Position numbers and translations under genes: made by a program. The notes under the pieces were generated by a model. The model saw only the letters and a list, made by a program, of their open reading frames with translations, made no database searches and was not told where the DNA came from. Below, piece by piece: positions 27,601-32,000 of a stretch of DNA of 32,000 bases. The stretch's first letter is position 1; every line of letters begins with the position of its first letter. This DNA comes from Horticoccus luteus (GTDB lineage: Bacteria; Verrucomicrobiota; Verrucomicrobiia; Opitutales; Opitutaceae), in assembly GCF_019464535.1 (NCBI RefSeq), contig NZ_CP080507.1, positions 2,730,001 to 2,762,000 of the forward strand. Reading direction: 5' to 3'.

Positions 27601-28987
27601 TGATCAGGTTGCCGGCCCCGTTGATGTCGGCGTTGAAGTTGATCGCGCCATTTCCGTTCAACTTGATGTCGTTGCCGCCGGTCGTCACGGGACCGTTCAA
27701 GCAGAGCGTGCTGAACGAGTAATTGTTGATCCGCAGCTCCTCGGCGAGCGTGATCGGCACGTCGATGTGGTGCTGCGCCTGCGCTCCGTTGTAGTCGTTG
27801 ACATTAATCGACGGCAAACCCGCCAGCGCCGTGTCGCCCAGTAGCAGCGACCCCGTCCCGTTGAGCGTATAATTGACCCCCGCATCGAAGGTCAGGGAGT
27901 TGATCTTCGTGTTGGCGGCGTTCAACGTCACCGTCTGGTTGGTGGTCGGTTTGTTGCCTAGAAGGACGTCGGCATTGATGCCGGGCACCGTGTTTCCCAC
28001 CCAGTTCGCCGCCGTCCCGGCATCGGTCGTGCCGGCACCATTTCCCCATTCAAACGACCCCGGCTGCCACGGCGTCATCGTCACGGCGACGTTGCGCACT
28101 TCGTGAATCTCCGTGGATCCGCCCGTCGCCCCCGTGAAACCGATCTTAAACGTATCGGGACGATCGTAAGACGACAAATCGCTGGTAAACGCTGTGATGT
28201 AACTCCCTGTCGCGCCGAATTTCATTTCGACCGTGAGAAGATTGTTGGCGTCGAGGGTCAGCCGGAAAGAACGGTAATCAGCGCCATTTTGGTCTGGTCG
28301 GATCGTCGCCGTCGGAAAGTCCATCTGACCGCCGCTGAAGAGCGTATCCAACGGCGAACTCGCCGCGATAAACTCATAGCCGCTGCTTTCCGGGCCACGC
28401 ACTGCGATGCGGTTGGGAAACAAACCCGTTCCCAACCCTCCGTTCCGGCCCTCGCTGTTGCTCGAGTAATTGCCGTAATCGTCGAATGCGAAACCCAGAT
28501 ATCCGCCCGTCATGCCTGCGACGCCCGAGGGCGGAGCCGCCGCCGCATCCTTTTGCGCATACCCCATCGAGCCACCATACGCGCCCGGCTGAAACGTCGA
28601 CGCATCGATGGCGCCATCCACCAGGAAAAACGTGATTCCGTCCGCCCCAGAACCATTCCACGTCGTGTAATCCAGCGTAATTTGGATCTGCGCGTTCACC
28701 GAAAAAATCGCCGAATCGAACAGCGCAAACGTCGACTGATTCGTCGTGTTCTCGGTCATGCGCAGCCAGCCATTCCCCGCCGTATCGACCGTATTAGCCG
28801 TCAGATAAGGACTGGTTGAGCTGGGTGACCCGCCGAATAACCAACCCGGCGCGCTCGTGCCCGTGAAGCTTTCAGTCAGAGTGACTTGCGCCTTTGCGCC
28901 CACGGCCCAGCCGACGCAGATCGCCAACCACCCGAGGCGGAAAGCGATCCCACGCAGCGTCTGAAAAATGGCATGCTCAAGTCTCAT
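24698..28987 (-). CDS. Giant (1429-aa) surface protein: signal/anchor, L-type (legume-like) lectin domain, a long array of autotransporter-associated beta-strand repeats, and a C-terminal PEP-CTERM sorting signal
   Basis: The N-terminus is MRLEHAIFQTLRGIAFRLGWLAICVGWAVGAKA. The lectin-like blocks are GNGWLRMTE...ADGITFFLVDG...GGYLGFAFDDYGN...RLTLDANN. Dozens of repeats follow, of the type L.K.G.G.L.LSG.N.YTG.T.I..G.L. The C-terminus is VPEPSTYGLIFVGASLAFFGFRRWRQ. Confidence 0.9.
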   Translation of the reverse strand: MRLEHAIFQTLRGIAFRLGWLAICVGWAVGAKAQVTLTESFTGTSAPGWLFGGSPSSTSPYLTANTVDTAGNGWLRMTENTTNQSTFALFDSAIFSVNAQIQITLDYTTWNGSGADGITFFLVDGAIDASTFQPGAYGGSMGYAQKDAAAAPPSGVAGMTGGYLGFAFDDYGNYSSNSEGRNGGLGTGLFPNRIAVRGPESSGYEFIAASSPLDTLFSGGQMDFPTATIRPDQNGADYRSFRLTLDANNLLTVEMKFGATGSYITAFTSDLSSYDRPDTFKIGFTGATGGSTEIHEVRNVAVTMTPWQPGSFEWGNGAGTTDAGTAANWVGNTVPGINADVLLGNKPTTNQTVTLNAANTKINSLTFDAGVNYTLNGTGSLLLGDTALAGLPSINVNDYNGAQAQHHIDVPITLAEELRINNYSFSTLCLNGPVTTGGNDIKLNGNGAINFNADINGAGNLIKNGTGTTTINSDNSNGATPWTGNLTINQGMVVVTTNGALGTTAGTTTVNSGGALAFRAGAAGNVTYTAAEAVTINGLGVPRGGEGYSGAIYNDGGNNSFAGNITMAGNSGIGSREGVLTLSGKISDGADTYNLTKMGAGVVELTNSGNDWNGVTRIEGGALRISNSADALAGGFSTNGYSGGNLQLAGGVLESGVTTTFTRQLGMGSDQVQWVGDGGFSASGSANRTFTLTNAAGTANGALTWAAGSFVPDGHALLLSSDAANRMVTLTNAINFGGANREVRVANGSAAVDATLSGVLSNGGLIKTGAGTLNISGANTYTGPTEIRDGALRGTINANSNIALNGGVLELTGNMTRSLGAGGANLQWKGDGGFSASGANRTVSLNNNSNVVKWGSTTNFVGDGKRLILGSNSANRTLTLTNAIDLNGANRTVLMQRGTGTAADGLLSGVVSNGSLTVEGNGRLDMTAANTLAGSVTVKGAELRLQSGGTMTSVSSLTVRDGGTFTLDNGSTNNTNRVKDTATVTLLGGTLSLLGRTGNNDTTETVGVLTLAGGANTVVSQYGDNKGSAQLTFGSATVPATDSLVRTAGATVNFAATGGTMGGTGDNPRIKFGNSPALVSNVLGYATVNGTAFAGYGANGVVAVTGTNTAQGSWTSTVNATPTADQTLSANRTVGSLSLGSGIDINAGGYALTVNSGGLLTTGSTVSLISNGTIRAGTATGVSDLVTHVYGTGGLNISAVIADNGGAKGLTKTGDGVLTLSGTSANTFTGPTYVNDGILALNKTPGVNAIVGNVIVGDGRGTDVLRLDASEQIANTANVTLRGAAYGGETKLQFNGAGGAGVTETFGTLTIDGVAVIDFAGGNVCDANFLFLDDLLMATTDSMLYIRNWIDFSDFLLVRNSANLDDVLSHIKFEGYGDVSYWQDYDATYSRVTPVPEPSTYGLIFVGASLAFFGFRRWRQGKTRTADAA
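24701..24814 (-). other. PEP-CTERM sorting domain (exosortase recognition signal)
   Basis: It has the P-E-P motif, a hydrophobic helix (STYGLIFVGASLAFFGF) and a basic cluster (RRWRQGK) at the extreme C-terminus. Confidence 0.8.
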
Positions 28988-29140
28988 TGCACGACGGGGT
29001 TGAGGAGCACTTCCACGACGAGGTCAACCACGTAGGCGATTCACCCTATTATTAAACATTTTTTATCCAAGTCGTGGGCCTTTCGTAGACGCTTAATTTT
29101 TCATTAAGTATTTATCCAACAAAGCGTAATTAAGATCGAG
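28988..29140 (-). promoter_or_regulatory. AT-rich putative promoter/regulatory region of the giant surface-protein gene, extending into the 3' end of the upstream gene
   Basis: 29041-29140 is about 33% G+C by hand count, in a window that is otherwise roughly 65%. It contains a 9-bp direct repeat TTTATCCAA (29062-29070 and 29111-29119), an AT palindrome cttaat-ttttc-attaag (29092-29108) and several TTAAT/ATTAA cores. I could not identify clean -35/-10 boxes. Confidence 0.4.
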
Positions 29141-30616
29141 AGACATGGCATTCTGCTGCTCCGCCAACGCGTTTCCCAGCCGCGGCCGTCGCGTGCCGCT
29201 GAGAAAAAAGCGCTCCAAGACCGTGACGCCCCCATCCTTTCGTCCCACGATCTCAGTCATTTGTTTTTTCGCCTGCCCCATTCGGTCCCCGTCTTTCTGC
29301 ACGCCCGCCGCGCAAAAGACCGCGAGACAGGCCTCCATCCGCGCCTGCCACGGGTCTGGCGGCACACGGACCAGCGCGTCCGTCACCATCGCCAATAAAT
29401 TCGCGTCCGGGTAACGCACCAGATGGGTGGCGAGCAACGCCAGCACTTCGGCGCGCAACGGCTTGTTCGCATCCAACAGCGCTCGAAACTCCCGCCCCAC
29501 CCTTTGTTCATCGCCCGCTTCGGCATACGCCGCGAGCGTCAGCCGGGCAAAGTCTCGTCCGCTCATCTGACTTGAGAATTCACCGAGCAACGCGATCGCC
29601 TCGCCGGGAAATTTTAGCGCGATCAAAGTTTCCACCCGATAAACGCGATCGTAGGGAAAATCCGCGACCAGCGGCGCGGTCATGAGCAACGACTTCGCCT
29701 CGTCGGGCGACGACGTTTGCACCTTCCCCGCCAGCCAGAAAAACTCTCGCGCATGCAACGACAGGGCTTCGTCGTCCGCCGCTTTTTCCAATAAATCCGC
29801 CCGCTGCAGGCGCTCCGCCGCAAACACCAGCGCATGCGACCATGCCGCCGTTTGGCCAGGCTCCCGCGGCAATTGTCGGGCCGCCAGATCCCCGATCTCT
29901 CGGAGATGTCCGCGCGCCAGCAAGCTCCGAAACCAGACGCGCGCCGTCTCCACGTGGTGTTCGGGCCGCTCCCGCAGCAAGTCAGCATACATGCGGTCCG
30001 CCTCCGTGGGGTTCCCCACTTGGTAAAACTGCGCCAACATTATCGCCACTCGATAATTTTCGCGGTCGAGGCCATGCGCGACTGACAGCGCGCTGAGCGC
30101 TTCCTTCACTTGCCCATGGGCGTAGTAATCGCGCGCCTGTTGAATGAAGAGCTGTGCTCTCACCGTCCGCAGTTCAGCCCACGCCGGCGGCCACACCACC
30201 TGTCGCGGCGACACGTCATAACCGATCCACCGCATCACGCCGAACACCGTGATCGCCGCGGTCAAACCCAGGAGCGCGATCGTGCCGCCCACGTAGCCGA
30301 AGACCCGCCCCCAAAAAGGCCGCACCTGCGCCGCCGCCACGCTGCAAACCCATCGGCCGGCGTCGTTTTGCTGCAACAGCGGGCAGACCCGTCGAAAACG
30401 CGCCGGCCTCTGCCAATGGATCACCGCCTCACAGCCCGTCTCCAACGGCTTCCCCGAGTCGCTGGGATTCTGGCACGGACAGCCTCCGCTTCCACGCTTG
30501 AGGCGATAGATCGTCTTGCGCGTATTCCAATAGAACAACGCCCCCGCCATCCGGACCGAATCTCCGAGCCATTTTCTCACCCCTGGCATGAACCGGGTGA
30601 AAAGGAATTGAAGCAA
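29093..30616 (-). CDS. Membrane-anchored protein with an N-terminal Cys-rich segment and a C-terminal helical-repeat (TPR-like) domain; unknown function
   Basis: The listed start at 30616 is TTG, and the first ATG is at 30589 (MPGVRKW...). It has the Cys pattern C-x-C-x13-C-x15-C-x12-C (GGCPCQNPSDSGKPLETGCEAVIHWQRPARFRRVCPLLQQNDAGRWVC) and one TM helix (VFGYVGGTIALLGLTAAITVFGV). About 350 aa of amphipathic helical repeats follow (ARDYYAHGQVKEALSALSVAHGLD..., AIMLAQFYQVGNPTEADRMYADLL...). Confidence 0.65.
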   Translation of the reverse strand: MLQFLFTRFMPGVRKWLGDSVRMAGALFYWNTRKTIYRLKRGSGGCPCQNPSDSGKPLETGCEAVIHWQRPARFRRVCPLLQQNDAGRWVCSVAAAQVRPFWGRVFGYVGGTIALLGLTAAITVFGVMRWIGYDVSPRQVVWPPAWAELRTVRAQLFIQQARDYYAHGQVKEALSALSVAHGLDRENYRVAIMLAQFYQVGNPTEADRMYADLLRERPEHHVETARVWFRSLLARGHLREIGDLAARQLPREPGQTAAWSHALVFAAERLQRADLLEKAADDEALSLHAREFFWLAGKVQTSSPDEAKSLLMTAPLVADFPYDRVYRVETLIALKFPGEAIALLGEFSSQMSGRDFARLTLAAYAEAGDEQRVGREFRALLDANKPLRAEVLALLATHLVRYPDANLLAMVTDALVRVPPDPWQARMEACLAVFCAAGVQKDGDRMGQAKKQMTEIVGRKDGGVTVLERFFLSGTRRPRLGNALAEQQNAMSLDLNYALLDKYLMKN

Positions 30617-30653
30617 GTTAACTCACTTCAACCCGCATCATTCGTTCCGTCGC

Positions 30654-30935
30654 CTACGCGTCGAAGCGGCGCGGCTTCGTTTTATCCGCCGGCTCCGCGA
30701 ACGAGCGCGTGAAAAAATCCTGCGCCGCCGTCATCAACTTGGCGTATTTATTATAATCGCCCGCCCACGAATTCGGCAGACACACGCGTTTGATCACGCC
30801 CTGCCCGACCTTGTCGGCGGCCGCCAGATCAGGCGCGATCTCCATCGCAAACGTCGGATCGAGCGTGTGCACCACATAGTGCCGTTCACCGTCCTTCCGG
30901 TCGTGCTGCACGCGCAAAAAAGCACTGACGTTCAT
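30654..30935 (-). CDS. Small (93-aa) hypothetical protein
   Basis: From the ATG at 30935: MNVSAFLRVQHDRKDGERHYVVHTLDPTFAMEIAPDLAAADKVGQGVIKRVCLPNSWAGDYNKYAKLMTAAQDFF... The composition is balanced and GC3 is coding-like. The remainder of the listed 360-aa ORF (30936..31736) is a shadow of the + strand gene. Confidence 0.5.
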   Translation of the reverse strand: MNVSAFLRVQHDRKDGERHYVVHTLDPTFAMEIAPDLAAADKVGQGVIKRVCLPNSWAGDYNKYAKLMTAAQDFFTRSFAEPADKTKPRRFDA

Positions 30936-31062
30936 TGTCCGCAGCCTGCCCCTCTCACCCGTGGTGGCAAACGCCAAACGCACGCCGCGCACTCCAAGGT
31001 TGAAAACCGCTCCCGCGCACCGCACAAACTCCGCCGCCGTATCTGACTGCGCATCCGCCCCA

Positions 31063-32000
31063 TGTCGCTCCCCGATCAAGCCCCGCCCTTGCCGAAAACG
31101 TGGTTCTTCGTTGGCGATGCCGTGCTCGTCGCCACCGCTGCGCTCATCGCACATCTCGCCCCCGACCCCTTCGCCCACGGCCCCCTCATCGCCATTGTCG
31201 CCTGCGTGGTCACCGGCGTCTTCATCGCCGTCATCCCCGCCCTCGCCGAATACGCCCGCAAACAAGACGAGGCGCTCGACCAACGCCAGCGCTCGCTCGA
31301 AGCCCTCCTCGCCCACGTCACCACCTCCGCCGAACAAATCAGCATCGCCGCCACGACGCTCCACCAACTCACCGAGGTCTCGCAACGCAACCTCAAGCTC
31401 GCCGAACATCTCCCCCAGCGCCTGCACGAAAAGATCAACGAGTTTAACGCCCAGTTGACCCAGGCGCAGGACGATGAACGCGAGGAATTGGAGAAAGAGG
31501 TCGCCTCCCTGCGCGCCTCCGAGTCCGAAAAACTCGAGACCATCTCCGACAAAATTCACAAATCGGTCGCCGAATTTGCCCGCCTCGAAGCCACGGTGAA
31601 CAAACATCTCACCGCCGCCCGCACCGAACTCATCGAACGCACCGACGAAGCGCTCCGCCATCTCTCCTCCGCCACCACGTCCGCCCTCGCGGAGGCCGCG
31701 ACATCCACCGCCCAAGCCGTGCGCGACGCCCAGCACGTTCTCACCACCGAACTAGACCAACGCCTCGCTGCCGCCTGCGCCGCTCACGTCACTCGCGCCA
31801 CCGAAGCCATCGACCGCCATCTCGCCGCTTCACTCCCCAACCCGAACCCGCTCGCGGCGACGCCCGCCGCGCTCCCACCGGAGGCTCCGGAGCCCATTCC
31901 GGAAACGTCAGGCACCGCCGCCCCCCCGCCCGACCACACGCCCCCCGAACCGGAGCCCATCAATGTCGCCGCACCGCCTGCCTCCACTGCGGCGGCCCAG
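31063..32000 (+). CDS. Membrane protein with two N-terminal TM helices, a long coiled-coil and a Pro-rich tail; 3' partial, and absent from the ORF track because it has no stop in the window
   Basis: The ATG at 31063 is preceded by an in-frame TGA at 31045. The frame is open to nt 32000: MSLPDQAPPLPKTWFFVGDAVLVATAALIAHLAPDPFAHGPLIAIVACVVTGVFIAVIPALAEYARKQDEALDQRQRSLEALL...EREELEKEVASLRASESEKLETISDKIHKSVAEFARLEATVNKHL...PNPNPLAATPAALPPEAPEPIPETSGTAAPPPDHTPPEPEPI. GC3 is high. Confidence 0.65.

Noticed and set aside
25767-27844. Plus-strand ORFs 25767..26648 and 26843..27844 inside the giant gene
   Set aside because: They are antisense to the repeat-rich 1429-aa CDS, whose lectin, repeat and PEP-CTERM features are unambiguous. 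Their Ser/Pro/Val- and Arg-rich compositions fit shadow frames.
24698-28987. Possible DNA tandem repeat or CRISPR-like array within the repetitive giant gene
   Set aside because: The repetition is at the protein-motif level (degenerate beta-strand repeats). By eye I saw no regularly spaced identical DNA repeats or spacers anywhere in the window.
30936-31736. Upstream 800 nt of the listed 360-aa minus-strand ORF
   Set aside because: This part is Gly/Glu/Arg/Asp-rich repetitive shadow of the unlisted + strand coiled-coil gene (31063->). Only the last 93 codons (30935..30654) look like real protein.

Overview
High-GC (roughly two-thirds G+C by eye) bacterial chromosomal window. PEP-CTERM and autotransporter-associated beta-strand-repeat proteins next to ordinary housekeeping genes suggest Verrucomicrobiota (Opitutales-like); that assignment is inference only. 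Because of the GC content, almost every real gene has a long Arg/Gly/Ala-rich shadow ORF on the opposite strand, so much of the six-frame track is artefact. The core is ordinary: an oligogalacturonate-lyase-like beta-propeller; a divergent PhyH dioxygenase / AraC regulator pair with a translationally coupled MBL-fold hydrolase; an SGNH hydrolase; a tightly overlapping kdsC-lptC-lptA-lptB LPS-transport operon followed by hprK, rph and a multidomain class III nucleotidyl cyclase; sucCD; a Gfo/Idh/MocA oxidoreductase; fcl; and prfB, whose canonical +1 frameshift the ORF track splits. Four places deserve a second look. (1) A minus-strand module at 24.7-30.9 kb: a 93-aa unknown, a Cys-rich membrane helical-repeat protein and a 1429-aa lectin/beta-strand-repeat/PEP-CTERM giant, separated by an AT-rich control region. 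A coiled-coil membrane gene diverges from it, runs off the window end and is missing from the ORF track. (2) A structured noncoding locus at 15.8-16.03 kb bracketed by terminators, upstream of a two-gene mini-cassette that looks like a decayed integrase-type element. (3) An uncharacterised ATP-grasp-like gene 6 nt downstream of prfB, followed by a Sel1/coiled-coil protein. (4) A roughly 120-aa domain present in tandem in two separate secreted proteins. All product calls come from motif recognition by eye, with no database search. I found no CRISPR array, rRNA or convincing tRNA.
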